DNA from: the human T2T-CHM13v2.0 reference genome, Homo sapiens
DNA: 64,000 bases
Assembly: GCA_009914755.4 (NCBI GenBank)
Contig: CP086569.2
Location: 4,224,001 to 4,288,000, forward strand
Direction: 5' to 3'
A program made the translations under genes and the position numbers. The notes beneath the pieces are model-generated. The model ran no database searches. It saw only the letters and a program-made list of their open reading frames with translations, and had not been told where the DNA came from. Below are positions 39,561-52,229 of the stretch, piece by piece; position 1 is the stretch's first letter, and every line of letters begins with the position of its first letter.

Positions 39561-39829
39561 AGTCTCATCTGAATATCATCTAAATTGTTTGTGGGTGAAA
39601 TTCAAGGTAAGTTTTATTCTGTGAAACATTGCTCTCCAACAGTGAAATTGTAAAGTCAAACATGTTATGTGCTTCCAAAATACAGTGGTTAAACAGACAT
39701 AGGATAAGCATTCTTATTCCAAAATGGAGAAATATAAGAGAATAAAAACTAATAGTTTCCAAATAAGTATGAAATACAATAGGGCAAATAATTTTAAATT
39801 TTACAGCTTGAGAATAATCTTCTTTGGTT

Positions 39830-40300
39830 TAGTGCTTGCCCTCCAGGCCAACTGGAAATTGGAGATGGGCACACCTTCCAGACATACTGGGTCAGGGCCC
39901 AACCTTCTCTTCTGGACACACTGGAGTTGGGATCCTACCTTTTAGATACACTGGGATGTGTGGACCTGCCCCAATGCAAAGGGTGGCCCCACCACCATGT
40001 TAGATCTCTGTAGTCATCCCAATTCTGATGTGAATTTGTGTTTGAGTTGTATGCCCATGGATCCTCCAGGCTGGAATCATGGATGGGATTAATGTCTATA
40101 AAAGGCTTCGGAGAGCTGCCTCTTTCTTTCTGCCCTTTCACCATGTTAGGGCACCTAGTCAGCATCAACCCTGAGAAGAGGGCCCTAAACAGACAACTGA
40201 CATGCTCATGCTTTGAACTTCAACTTCTCAGCCTCCAAAACTATGAGAAATAAATATTATTTATGGATTATGCAATCTGTGGTATTTTGTGACAGAAGCA
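39830..40300 (+). mobile_element. MaLR-type LTR fragment (MLT-like)
   Basis: '...gttagggcacctagtcagcatcaaccctgagaagagggccctaaacagacaactgacatgctcatgctttgaacttcaacttctcagcctccaaaactatgagaaataaatattatttatggattatgcaatctgtggtattttgtgacag'. Confidence 0.5.
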
Positions 40301-40718
40301 TGAAAGAACCGAGACACTAGGACTATGGTGTTTCCTAGTTTCTGCTTTTTCTTAAATTTGTGTCCAGCAACACATACTCATCACTGGGGGAAAATTTTTC
40401 ATGTCTGCATTCTCCTTTATGATATTTTCTGTAAATTTCAGTCTTCTCTATTTTTCTTTGTACATTTTTTATTGTGGTAAAATGTACATAACTTAAAACT
40501 TACTATTTTAACTATTTTTAAGTGTATAGTTCAGTGGCATTGAGTGTATTCATCTTGTTGTTCATCCATCACTACATCCATCTCCAGAAATTTTTCTTCC
40601 TCTCAGGTTAAAACCCAATGTCCCTTAAACAGTAACTCACCATTTTCCCCTACTAACAACTGCTGGGAAGCATTGTTCTATTTTTCTTCTTTATAGATTT
40701 GACTACTCTAGTTACCTC

Positions 40719-41466
40719 TGAGGACTAAGCTCTGATTTTTTATCTTGCCCAAATTCCTTTCTAAGGGGTCTGGGGAGTCATGCCCTACAAACCATAAATT
40801 TTCATTAGATGGGTTTTATTTAACCCTGTATATTGTGACTTACTTTCCAAACTGACTCTGGCATAACAAGGGAACAATCTAAGCATTTTACCCCAAAATA
40901 TATTTCCTTATACCTAGAAATTGCCCTTCAAAGTCTCTTGGAAAAATTCATGTTCTATAGAGAATATCTTTTCCCCTTTGTTTTCTCTCCTTTCTTTCCG
41001 ATACAGGTGATAATCAACTAAAAGCCAGGAACCCTTTTAGGTTCAATAAGAAACATTTTACAACCTGCTCTCTCTCTCTCCGAAGTCTGCTATCTGAGAG
41101 ATTCCTCTGCACAATAAAACTTGGTCTCCACAATCCTTTATCTTAACCTGAACATTCCTTTCCATTAATCCCAGGTCTTCAGATAAACTCAACCAATTGT
41201 CAGCCAGAAAATGTTTAAATTTACCAATAGCCTGGAAGCCCCTGCTTTGAGTTGTCCCACTTTTCTGAACCAAACCAATGTATTTCTTAGGTGTATTTGA
41301 TGTCTCTTGCCTTCTTAAAATATATAAAACCAAGCTGTACCCCGACCACCTTGGGCACATGTTTTCAGGACCTCCTGAGGGCTGTGTCTTGGGCCATGGT
41401 CACTTATATTTGGCTCAGAATGAATCTCTTAAAATATTTTACTGAGTTAGACTCTTTTCATCGACA
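40719..41466 (+). mobile_element. Solo LTR (~748 bp, TG...CA termini, family not assigned) inserted into the L1M 3' region with a 4-5-bp TSD
   Basis: L1M sequence 'gatttgactactctagttACCTC' then 'TGaggactaagctctg......ttttcatcgaCA' then 'CCTCatataactctattctg' (L1M resumes). The L1M consensus has a single '..ctaggtacctcatataag' here. The 3' ~425 bp match LTR copy 1 at 31683-32105. Confidence 0.6.
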
Positions 41467-42402
41467 CCTCATATAACTCTATTCTGTTGTTACTGGCTTA
41501 TTTTACTAAGTCTTACACACTGTATTTAAGGTTCATCTATGTTGTGGTATGTGTCAGAATTTCCTGTCTTTTTAGGATTAACAAGTATTCTCTTTTATGT
41601 TTATACCACATTTTGTGTATTCATTCATCTATGAATGAACACTTGCCTTGCTTCCGTTTTTTGGCTAATGTAAATAATGCTGTCCTAAACATAAATGTGC
41701 AAATATTTATTTGAACATTGCTTTAAATCCTTTTGGATATATACTGAGGAATAAAAGTGCTTTAATATATAGTAATTCTATGTTACATTATTTGAGGATT
41801 GGCCATACGGTTTTCATAGGGTCTTCACTGTTTTACATTCTTTTCAGCAGTCCAAAAGGGTTTCACCACATTATTACCAATATTTGTTATTTTCTGTTGT
41901 GTGTATGCCTGTGTGTGTGTTTCATAATAGTCATTAAAATGAGTGTTAGTTGGTTTATCATTAAGGTTTACATTTGCATATCTCTAAGGATTCGTTACCA
42001 TATTGTTTATCCTTACTATTGTACTGGCTATTTTGGATATTCTGCCTTTTCATATAAACTTTAGGATCAAGTTGCTGATAACCACCAAATAACTTGCAGA
42101 GATTATTGGGAAGAACTCACATCTTTAAAATATTTGTCTCCTATCTATGAACAGCAAATATTTCCAAATATACTAAGTTCTTCACTGATTTTGTTCAACA
42201 CAGTTTGTAAATTTCCTGTAAAAATCTTGTACACATTTTGTTAGAATTATACCTAAACATTTCATTTTGGAGCATGCTAACGTAATTGGTATTGTATTTT
42301 AAAATTCAGGTTGTTCTTGTTCGTTGCTGGTATATAGGAAAGTAATTGTTTTTTATATTAATCTTTCATTATATCCTGCAACCTTGCTATAATCACTAAT
42401 CA

Positions 42403-42480
42403 GGCCAGGCATGGTGACTCTTGCCTATAATTCCAGCTGCTAAGGATGCTGAAGTGGGAATATAGATTGAGCCTGATAAT
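42403..42480 (+). mobile_element. Alu-derived fragment (~75 bp), followed by a (CA)n microsatellite at 42491-42533
   Basis: 'caggccaggcatggtgactcttgcctataattccagctgctaaggatgctgaagtgggaatatagattgagcctg', then 'ctctctctctacacacacacacacacacacacacatacacacacacacaca'. Confidence 0.7.
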
Positions 42481-42486
42481 CTCTCT

Positions 42487-42522
<36 letters not shown>

Positions 42523-44585
42523 ACACACACACAATTCCAAGGATGAAACCCACTTGATAATAATAAATTATTTATTTGACATGCTGTTGGATTGAATTTG
42601 CTAGTATTTTGTTGAGGATTTTGCATCTGTGTTCATCAAGGGTATTGGTCTGTGCTATCCTTTTGGCTGTTGTTGTTGTATCACTGCCTGGTTTTGGTAC
42701 AAAGGTGATACTGGATTTGTAGAATAAGTTATAGAGGGATCCCTCCTCTTCAATTTTGTTGAAATTATTTTGGTATCAGCTTTTCTATATACATTTGGTT
42801 AAAAACTGGCTGTGAGTCTGTCTGGTCCTGGCCTTTTATTTGCTGGAAGATTTTTTATTACTAATTTGATTTCATTGCTCAATATGGATCTGTTCAGAGT
42901 TTCTTTCTTCCTGGTTCAGTCTTGGAGGTTGTATGTTTCCAGCAAAATATCCATTTCTTCTAGGTTTTCCAGTTTGTGCATGTAGAGATGTTCACAGGAT
43001 TCTCTGATGATCTATTGTATTTTTGTGATATCAATTGTAATGTCACCTTTATCATTTCTTTTCTCTTTTTTTCCTAGTTTAGTCTAGCTCGCAGTCAGTC
43101 AATATTGTTTTTTCTTTCAAAGAACCAGATATACTGTTTCAAAGAAACAGATTATTTGGATGGTTTTTTTAAATTTAATTCTGCTGCATTCTCTGTTAAT
43201 TCTTTTTTTCCCCTAGCTTTTGGTTTTATTTGTTCTTCCTTTTCTATTTTCTTATGATGCAACCCTACATTGTTAATTTAAAATATTTTTAGCTTTTTGA
43301 TGTAGGTGTTTAATGCTATAAACTTGTTCTGAGCACTGGTTTTGCTGTATCCCAGCTGTTTTGGTGTGTTTTGTCTCTTTTCATTCTTGTTAAAAAAAAT
43401 TGTTGATTTCTGTCTTAATTTCATTGTTTAACCAGGAGACATTCAGGAGCAAGTTCTTTAGTTTCCATGTACTTGTTTAGTTTTTAAGAGTTCTTCTTGG
43501 AATTGATTTCTAATTTTTTCCACTGTGGTCAAAGTGGATGCTTGACATGATTTTGATGTTTTTGAATTTATTGAGATTTGGTTTTTTACCATGCATGTGG
43601 TAAATTTCAGGGGATATTCTGTGCACAGGTGAAAAGAATATGTATTGTGTGGTTTGGGAGTAAAATGTTCTGTAAATGTCTATTAGGTATATTTGGTCAG
43701 TAGTCCAGTTTATATCCAGAGTTGCTTTGTTGATTTTCTGCATCATTAATCTGGCTAGTGATGTCAGTTTGGTGTTGATATCCACTATTATTATTGTACT
43801 GTTGTTAATCTGTTTTCTTAGGTTGGGTCGTACTAGTTTTAATCTGGGTGCTCTGGTGTTGGGTGCATATATATTTAGAATAGTTAAAACTTTCTGTTGC
43901 GTAGAAACCTTTATGTTATAATGGCCTTCTTTGTCTTGTTTTCTGCTGTTGGCCTAAAATCTGTTTTATCCAATATAATAAAGATTACTCCTGATCACAT
44001 TTATTTTGCATTTGTGTGATTTTTTTTTTCCCACCCTTTTACTTTGAGTCCTAACGTACCTTGAAACAGTACATGGATCTCTTGTAGACAGCAGATGGTT
44101 GGGTCTTATTATCATTTTTTTAAATCCAATTTGCCAGTCTCTATCTTTTAAGTAAGCCATTAAGGCCATTTTCATTCAAGATCAATATTGATGTGTGAAG
44201 TTTTGTTCCTAAAGTAGTGAGATGTTTGCAAGTGAGATGTTTTAATTCTGTTTCAATTCTGCAGGTTTTTTTAATAAGATCTATGAGTTTTATAGCTGTG
44301 TGTGCTTTTCTGATGGTGATTGTTATCCTTATGTTTCCATGTTTAAAACTCCTTTAAGCATTTCTTGTAGGAATGGTCTTGTGGTGACATATTTCCTTAG
44401 AGTTTACTTGTCTGAGAATGACTACATTTCTCCTTCGTTTATGAAGCTTAGTTTGACAGCACAGAAAATTATTAGCTGATATTCTTTTCTTCTTCTCTAA
44501 GGAGGCTAAAAATAGGTCCCCAATCTCTCCTGGCTATTAGGGTTTCTGGTGACAATTCTGCTGTTAATCAGAAAAGTTTTACTTT

Positions 44586-47500
44586 TGGATTAGTGCATTC
44601 TAACATGGCTGTAAAAAATACCAGAGACTGGATAGGTTATAAAAAAAAAAAAAAAGAGGTTTAATTGCCTCATGGTTGCATGGTTACATGATACTGGTAT
44701 CTTATCACTCCTGGAAAGGCCTCAGGAAACCTCCAATCATGGTGAAAGGCAAAGGGGAAGCAGGCTTGGCTTATATGTCCAGAGTGGGAGTAATAGAGAG
44801 AGGAGGAAGGTGCCAAAATCTTTTAAACAACCAGATCTTAGAAGAACTCACTATCACAAGAAAAGCACCAAAAGGATGGTGCTCTCATTCATGAGAAACC
44901 ACTGCCATGATCCAGTTACCTCCCACCAGGCCCTTCCTCAAACACTGGTGGCTACAATTCTACATGAGATTTAGGTGAGGAAACAGATCCAAACAATATC
45001 ATCCTGCCAATGGCCCCTCCAAATCTCATGTTTTTCTCACGTGTCAAAATACAGTCATGCCTTTCCAACAGTCCCCCAAAGACTTAACTTATTCCAGCAT
45101 TAATGCAAAAGTTCACAGTCCCAAGTCTCATATGAGACAAGGCTAGTCCCTTCCACCTATGTGATTGCAAAATAAAAGAAAAAAAAGTCAGTTACTTGCA
45201 AGATACAATGGAGGGATAGGCATTGGCTAAATAGTCCTGTTCCAAAAGGGAGAAATCAACCAAAAGAAAGAGGATATAGGCTCCATGCAAGTCTTAAACC
45301 CAGAAGAGCAGTCATTAAATTTTAAAGCTCCAAAATAACCTCCTTTGACTCCATGCTCCACATCCAGGACATACTGATGCTAGGGGTGGGCTCCCACATC
45401 CTTGGGCAGCTCTACCCCTGTGGCTTTGCAGGGAACAGCCTGTGCAGCTGCTCTCATGGGCTGGTGCTGAGTACCTGTGGCTTTTTCAGGTGCATGGTAC
45501 AAGCTGTCAGTGGCTCTACTATTCCACGATCTGGAAGACAGTGGTCATCTTGTCACAGCTTCACTAGGCAGTGTCTCAGTGTGGACTCTGTGTGGGGGAT
45601 CCAACCTGACATTTCCCCTCCCACTGCCCTAGTAGAGGTTCTCTATGAGGGCTCTGCCCCTGCAGCAGGTTTCTACCTGGACATCTAGACTTTTGCACAC
45701 ATCCTCTGAAATCTAGTAGTAGACTCCCTAGACTCAGCTCTTGCACTCTATGGACCGTATTTAACTCTATGGACTCTATTTAACACCTTGTAGCAACTGT
45801 CAAGGCTTATAGGTTGCACCCTCTGCAGCAGCAGCATGAGTTGTACCTTGGCCCCTTTTGGCCATGGCTGGAGCTGGAAAGGCTTGGATACAGGGATCAG
45901 TGTCCTGAGGTCGTACAGGGTGGCGGGGCCCTGGGCTTGGCCCTCCAAACCATCTTTTCCTCTTAAGCCTCTGGTCATGTGATGGGAAGGGCTGCCATGA
46001 AGGTCTGTGAAATGGCTTTGAGGCCTTTTCCCCTTTGTCTTGGCTATTAGCATTTGCAATCTTTTTAGTTATGCAAATTTCTGCAGCCTGCTTGAATTCC
46101 TCCCATGAAAATGGGCTTTTCTTTTCTAATGCATGACCAAGCTGCAAAGTTTCAAAATTTTATGCTCTGCTTCCCTTTTAAATATATGCTCCAGTTTTTC
46201 ATCATTGCTTTGCTCACACTTATGAACATAGGCTGTTAGACATGGCCAGGTCATACCTTGAATGCTTTGCTGCTTAGAAATTTATTCCACCAAATACCCT
46301 AAACCATCACTCTCAAGTTCAAAGTTTTACAGATCCTTAGGGCAGGTGCACAGTGCCACCAGGTTCGTTGCTAATGCATAACAAAAGTGATCTTTGCTCC
46401 ACTTCCCAATAAGTTCCTCATCCCCATCTGAGACCTCGTCAGCCAGGACTTCATTGTCCATATCACTATAGGCATTTTGGTCACAACAATTTAACAAGTC
46501 CCTAAGAATTTCCAAGTTTTCCCTCATGTTTGTCTTCTTCTGAGCCCTCCACAATCTTCCAACATCTGCCCATTATCCAGTTCCAACATTGCTTTGATAG
46601 TTTTAGAAATCTCTATAGCAGTGTCCCACTACTTGGTACCAATTTTTTGTATTAGTGTGTTCTCACATTGCTATAAAGAAATACCTGACACTGGGTAATT
46701 TATAAAGAAAAAAACTTAATTGGCTCACAGTTCTGCAAGCTGTACAGGTAGCATGATGCTGACATCTGCTTGGCTTCTGGAGAGGCCTCAGGAAACTTTC
46801 AATCATGACAGAAGGTAAAGGGGAAGCAGGCACATCTTACATGGCCAGAGCAGGAGCAAGAGAGAGAGGCAGAAACTGCCACACCCTTTTAAACAATCAG
46901 TTCTCATAAAAAGTCGCTTTCACAAGAATAGCAACAAGGGGATAGTGGTAAACCATTCATGAGCAATGTGATGGTTAATACTGAGTGTCAACTTGATTGG
47001 ATTGAGGGATACAAATTATTAGCCCTGGATGTGTCTGTGTGGGTGTTGCCAAAAGAGATTAACATTTGATTCAGTGGGCTGGGGAAGGCAGATCCACCCT
47101 TAATCTGGTGGGCACAATCTAATCAGCTTCCAGTGAACATAAAGCAGGCAGGAAAACATGAAGAAACGAGAGGGGCGAGCCTCCCAGCCTACATCTTTCT
47201 CCCATGCTGGATGCTTCCTGCTCTTGAACATCAGACTCCAAGTTCTTCAATTTTGGGACTCGGACTGGCTCTCCGTGCTCCTCAGCTTGCAGACAGCCTA
47301 TTCTGAGACCTTGTGATCATGTAAGTTAATATGGAATATATTATATATATGTTATATAGGAGCTGTGCCAAAATGACCACTGTCTTCCTGACCCTGGAAT
47401 AGTAAAGCCACTGACAGCTTGTATAGTTTTATATATATGTATAGTTATATATATATATATATATCCTATTAGTTCTATCCCTCTGAGAGAACCCTGACTA

Positions 47501-47610
47501 ATACAAGACACTTCTGCCATAATCCAATTACCTCCCACAGACCGCAACTTCAACACTGAGGGTTATAGTTTCACGAGATTTGGATGAGGACACAGATTCA
47601 AACCATATAA
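44586..47610 (-). mobile_element. Complete MaLR element (THE1/MST-type), reverse orientation, nested in the old L1. LTR 44586-45001, internal 45002-46647, LTR 46648-47610
   Basis: Both LTRs are reverse-complement THE1/MST-like ('t.gattagtgcattctaacatggctgtaaaaaatacc.gagactgg...aagaggtttaattg...cctcaggaaacctccaatcatggtgaaaggcaaaggggaagcagg...caaacaatatca' and 'tgtattagtgtgttctcacattgctataaagaaatacctgacactgggtaatttataaag...cctcaggaaactttcaatcatgacagaaggtaaaggggaagcagg...'). Internal part matches the MaLR internal consensus ('...caaaagttcacagtcccaagtctcatatgagacaaggctagtcccttccacctatg...tttaaagctccaaaataacctcctttgactccatgctccacatccagg...catttcccctcccactgccctagtagaggttctctatgagggc...tggtaccaattttttg'). 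The LTR at 46648-47610 carries a ~0.5-kb extra segment (~46960-47470). Flanks 'tactt' and 'aactt' are a possible 5-bp TSD. Confidence 0.8.
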
Positions 47611-48357
47611 ACTTTATAGGTGTTTTGACCCTTTTCTCTGGCTGCCTTTAAGAATTTTTCTGTACCATTGACCTTGGATAGTCTGATAACTACATGCCTT
47701 GTTCATGTGTGTATTTTTATAATATCTTGAAGGTTTTCTTTAAAATTCTTGTATCTGCACAACTGCTTCTCTAGAGAGATTAGGGAAGTTTTCTTGAATT
47801 ACTATTTTTTTTAGATGGCTTACTTTTTATTCTCTCTCAGGAATGTCTATAAGTCATAGGTTTGATCACTTTACATAATTCTATATTTCTCAAAGCTTTG
47901 TTTTTTAAATTATTTTTTCTTTATTTTGTTTGTCTTAATTCAAAAACTGGTCTTCAAGCTCTGAAATTCTTTCTTGTGCTTAGTCTAGTCTACTGTTAAA
48001 GCTTTCCACTGTATTTGGAAGTTTCTTAAGTGATTTTTTTTTTAATTTTGAGAAGTTCTCTTTGTTGTTTTTCCTTTATCATGTCTTCCTTTATTTCCTC
48101 AATTGCTTTCATGATGTCTTTGTGTTAATTTTCAACCTTCTCTTGGACGTCATTATACTTCCTTGTAATTCATGCTTTGAATACATCATCTGTCATTTCT
48201 GAGTTTTAAATGTTTTTAGGGTCTGTTGCTAGAGAGTTAGTATGATTTCTTGGTGTTGTGACTACATTCTGGTTTTTCATGATGCCAGAATTTTTATGCT
48301 GCTTCTTTCTCATCTGGAGAAGTTGGCACTTCTTTTTGAATTTATTTTTGCTTGGAT

Positions 48358-48430
48358 GGTCTCTTCTCTCTCTCTCTCTTTCCCCCTCTCTCTCCCTGTC
48401 TCTCTCTCTCCACCCCCGCCCCCCCCAACC
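48358..48430. repeat. (CT)n / C-rich simple repeat
   Basis: ctctctctctctttccccctctctctccctgtctctctctctccacccccgccccccccaaccc. Confidence 0.85.
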
Positions 48431-49379
48431 CTTAATATATATATTCTTCTTTTAGGGAGTGTGACTATAGAGTATGTCGGGTACAGCCTTTTGTCTTTGC
48501 TCCTATAGCTATTTGCACTTCTGTCAGCAGGCTTTTTCTTGGTCTGTGCAGTTTGACCTGCAGGCCAGTAGGTGATGCTTATGCTTAAGACGCAATAGAG
48601 GCAGGAGCCACTGTGTGTGTATTTGATTTGTGTTTAACTTGAAGTATTTTCTACTTTCCTTAGGTGATGCGCTGCACATTGGAATGCCTACTACCCTCAG
48701 CTTCGGGTTCAGTGTGGTGGGGGGAACACAGCGGAGCAGAGCGTGACTCCCTGACTTCCTCACAGTTTCCTCAGTGACAAGCACAGATGACTGGGGTGGC
48801 TGGGGGAGCTCCTGGTGAGATGCACTGAGGTCATTGCATGGGGTGAATGATTGTTCCAGCTCCATGTGCTAGATATGCAGGAATGTGATTAGCTTTTCTA
48901 TCACACTCCTGTCCCACTGCTTATGATTCAGATTCACACTTTTGTCTACCTTCAGGCTACAGTGTAGCTGAGACACATGGAAATGCCTGTACTGTAGCAT
49001 TCTGTGGGAGTGGTTTCAGGATGGAACCTCTTCACTCAGCCCAGTACAGACAGCTTTATGGCTCACCTCTTCTCCAATGTCGCAAGGCTGCTGCTTTGTG
49101 CTGAGGAGGGTAGGGGCTCCACCTTTTGACCCACGCACGTGGGCAGCAGTTGTGATGGTATCCGCTAGTTGGGCTGGCCTGACCTCCTGGTGGGTAGTCA
49201 GGTGCCAGGAGTCGTGGACCAGGTTAGATAACTTCTTGACTTTCAGGCCCCTAAGTGGCCCACTGGATGGCATATATGAGTCCAGAAGGGGCTAGACCAG
49301 GATTATATCAGCCCAGAATTTAGGAGCTGCTGTGATTAGGAGGGATGGATTGGTCTCTGGGTCACTGACAGAACAGTCA

Positions 49380-50600
49380 GGTTAGGGCAGGGAGAATGCT
49401 CAGGCAGTGGAAGTCAGAGGGAAGATCACAGGCCTTAGAGGCTGGGCTGCAGGTGAAATGGTCAGGAAAGAGCAGGATGGCTGTACTGTGAGCTTCTTAC
49501 TGGGAAAGTTAGGACCCCATGGCTGGGGTAGTGAAAACTGGCAGCTGCGGGGCATATGGCCTGCTTGCAGTTTCCTGCCATAGAAGTGGCACTGGGTTTC
49601 ACCATTGGGAGCATGTAAAGTTGCCTGGCCTACCCATACCCTCCCTGGTCCTAGGGTGGCAGGGGTGGACAGAGGCAGCAGTGACATATGCCCAGGATGG
49701 CCTATCAGTGGCCCTGGAAGTTCAGCTATAGCCACAGTCTTCAGATGGGGACAGGGTGGGTGCACTGGGAGACTGTTACTGTGTAAGTAAGCTCCACCTG
49801 GAAAAGAGCTACAAAGGCAAGGGGTCACGCAGTGTGCAGTCTGCCTTCTTCTCCACACTGTGGCTGCAGGTTCTGTCTTACATGCATGCAAAAATGCCCC
49901 ACCTCCTCATTACATTCCTAGCCTGTGGTTGGCAGTGGCAGAGGCAGGTGTGGTAGCACTTAGGCTCTCAGAGGAATGCTGAGCTGTGGTCACAGTGTTC
50001 AACTTGGGGAAGGGGAGCTGCACTGCACCACAAGGTTGTCACTGAAGCAGGCAAGCCCTGCATGGGAAGAAGCCACAGAGGTGGGGGATCATGCATTGCA
50101 TAGTCTGCCCATGCCTCTGTGCCCTGATTTTGGTATCTACTTTGACAGTGCCTAAAAGTGCCCTGCCTCCATGTTCCCTGCCTGGCCCATGGATAGCAGA
50201 GGCAAAGGCAGCAGTGTCAGAGGCTGCAGAGAGCATATTACCAGCCTCTGGGAGTTAAGCTTCAGTTGCAGTGTTCAGGTGGGGATGGGGCTGGTGTGCT
50301 GGAGGCCTGTCTCCAAAGCAGACTAACCCAATTTGGTGGGGTTCAATAGAGGTGAAGGGTCATGTAATGTGTCATCCGCCTGCTGCTTTGTACAATGGGA
50401 GTGGCATCTGTCCTGAGGGTAGTATCTGTCCTGGGAGTGTGCAAAAGTGCTTGGCCTCTCTCCTTGGCAAGGCAGTGGTGGCTGGCATGGAGCTGCTTGG
50501 GTATCAAAAGCTTGTTGATTCCATGTGGGCTTGAGCAGTACCTTTGCTCAGTCTCCAGGCAGCTCCCCATTTCAATCTGGAGACCCGCTGGGGGAGAGGG
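49380..50600. repeat. Tandem array of ~260-280-bp units (at least 4 diverged copies) in the presumed 5'UTR of the old L1
   Basis: Units begin near 49645 (cctggtcctagggtggcaggggtggacagaggcagcagtg...), 49922 (cctgtggttggcagtggcagaggcaggtgtgg...) and 50181 (cctggcccatggatagcagaggcaaaggcagcagtg...). A further unit begins near 50462 (ccttggcaaggcagtggtggctgg...). Each ends with a 'tgcaaaa.tgc....cctc' motif. An earlier, more diverged unit lies at ~49380-49644. Confidence 0.6.
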
Positions 50601-51449
50601 GTTAAAAAGGACTCTCCTGTCATGAGGGTTGTAAAGGTCCATGATGGAAGTGTGGAACCCCTTGGGTCTCTCACTCACTCACCCCTTCCATATGTTAGGA
50701 GGCCTCTCCCAGGTTCACACCAGTACTGGCTCTTCAGGCTGCGTAGCTTCACTCTCCTCTGCTTTCTATGGTTCCCAATGCTTCCCTGGTGAATTTAAGG
50801 ATACTCCCTTAGACAATCCACTGGAAGTGCCAATATGTACTTACTATTTTAATTCTTCTCCATGATATAGGCACTCACTAGCTGTTTCTAGTCAGCCATC
50901 TTGAACAGGGATAGCTTCTCCCATATTTAGTGTGAGACCTGCTCCAGCTTCTGGAGGTAAATTTAACTCACATTAGTATGGTGTACCTGCTTTCACTGGG
51001 TCCTCCTGGAGTTTTAACTATCAGACTTGTACACACAAAGCCTTAAGCAATTTATCAATTATAGCTTGTGTTTTCCTACTCCATCACTGTTACCTGTTGT
51101 GGTTTTTGCTTATGAGTTTCTTCTCCAATAAGCTCTGACTCTTAGTAAGCCTATCTGCCTCTCCAATCTTGGGAGCAATGGTTTTCCCTGTGTCCTTGCA
51201 TTTCTTATTTATCCGGAAGAGTAGTACATTTTTCAGGCTTCTTAATTTTTTTCCTTGCTAGAAAGAAGTGGCATCTTCCAAGCTCCTTACATGCAGAACT
51301 GGAAAACAAAAGCCCTATTTTCAGAATTGTCATGCACAGAATATGTTCTTTAATTTCATTTTCACATGTCAAAATCTAATGTTAATTGTTATAAGAAATA
51401 TTAGTTAATGAAATATTTGTTTTATATTTTCTCCAGACTTTTTCATTTC

Positions 51450-52210
51450 ATATAAATATTATCATATATGTGGTCTTTGTGACTGCCTTCTTTTGCCTAA
51501 CATTACGTTTTCAAAATTTATCTAGTATGTATCAGTATGCTATTCCCTTTTATGGTTAAATAATATTCCACCGTATGCCTACATAACAGTCTGTTTATCT
51601 GATCATCTTTTGTATGAATATTTGATTTCTTTCCACTTTTGAGCTATTATTTATAATACTGATGTGAACACTCATGTAAAACATTTTCAGTGGACACAAG
51701 TTTTTATTTCTCTTGAGTATATATCTAAAGTGGAATGCAGAATAGGTGGGTTATGTGGTAAGTATATGTAAAATTTAGAATAACTTTCAGAGTGTTTTAC
51801 AAAGTACCTGCTACATTTTACATTTTTACAACCAATATGTGAGAGTTCTGATTTTTCCACATCTTCACCAACACTTGTTTTTGTTTTTTTTTTAAATTAT
51901 AGGCTTCCTCTATGAAATGGTTACTCATCTTTGTTTTCGTTTTCATTTCCCTGATGACTAACAATATTGGATATCTTTTTATGTGTGAATTGGTCATTTT
52001 ATATACAATTTGAAGAAATGTTTATTAATGTTTTTGCCTGTATTATTTGTCTTTTTATTATTCAGTTGTATGAGTTCTCCAAATAATCTTGACGCAAGTC
52101 TCTCATCAGATTCATGATCTGCAAATATTGTCTTCCATTCTGTGTGTAAACATCTTTATAATCTCAACTTTATTTGGACTAATGTCTAAAATGGCTATCA
52201 ATGTAAGACA
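51450..52210 (-). mobile_element. Old L1 (L1M) 3'-end fragment, reverse orientation
   Basis: '...ccgtatgcctacataacagtctgtttatctgatcatcttttgtatgaatatttgatttctttccacttttgagctattat...gagagttctgatttttccacatcttcaccaacacttgtttttg...catttccctgatgactaacaatattggatatctttttatgtg...' (antisense of L1 ORF2 C-terminus/3'UTR). Confidence 0.5.
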
Positions 52211-52229
52211 TAAGCATTTGCCTCCAAGA

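Larger units (their letters stand above)
40465..50900 (-). mobile_element. Nearly full-length ancient L1 (L1M-type), reverse orientation. L1 pieces 40465-40718, 41467-42402, 42541-44585, 47611-48357 and ~48431-50900 are split by nested insertions
   Basis: 3' end 'ttttttattgtggtaaaatgtacataacttaaaacttactattttaactatttttaagtgtatagttcagtggcattgagtgtattcat...' (reverse complement of the L1M 3'UTR). Continues after the LTR insert with 'cctcatataactctattctgttgttactggcttattttactaag...ggttcatctatgttgtgg'. ORF2 antisense through 42541-44585 ('...cattcaggagcaagttctttagtttccatgtacttgtttag...'). ORF2-start/ORF1 antisense at 47611-48357. GC-rich presumed 5'UTR antisense to ~50900 ('gtcagccatcttgaacag' resembles the L1 5' terminus). 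A ~560-bp L1 stretch is replaced by an Alu fragment plus (CA)n at 42403-42533. Confidence 0.65.

Noticed and set aside
44586-47610. Possibility that the THE1/MST internal region encodes an intact protein
   Set aside because: The ORFs at 45353..45688 and 45748..46147 are short and no full MaLR ORF is present. The MaLR internal region is non-autonomous and degenerate.
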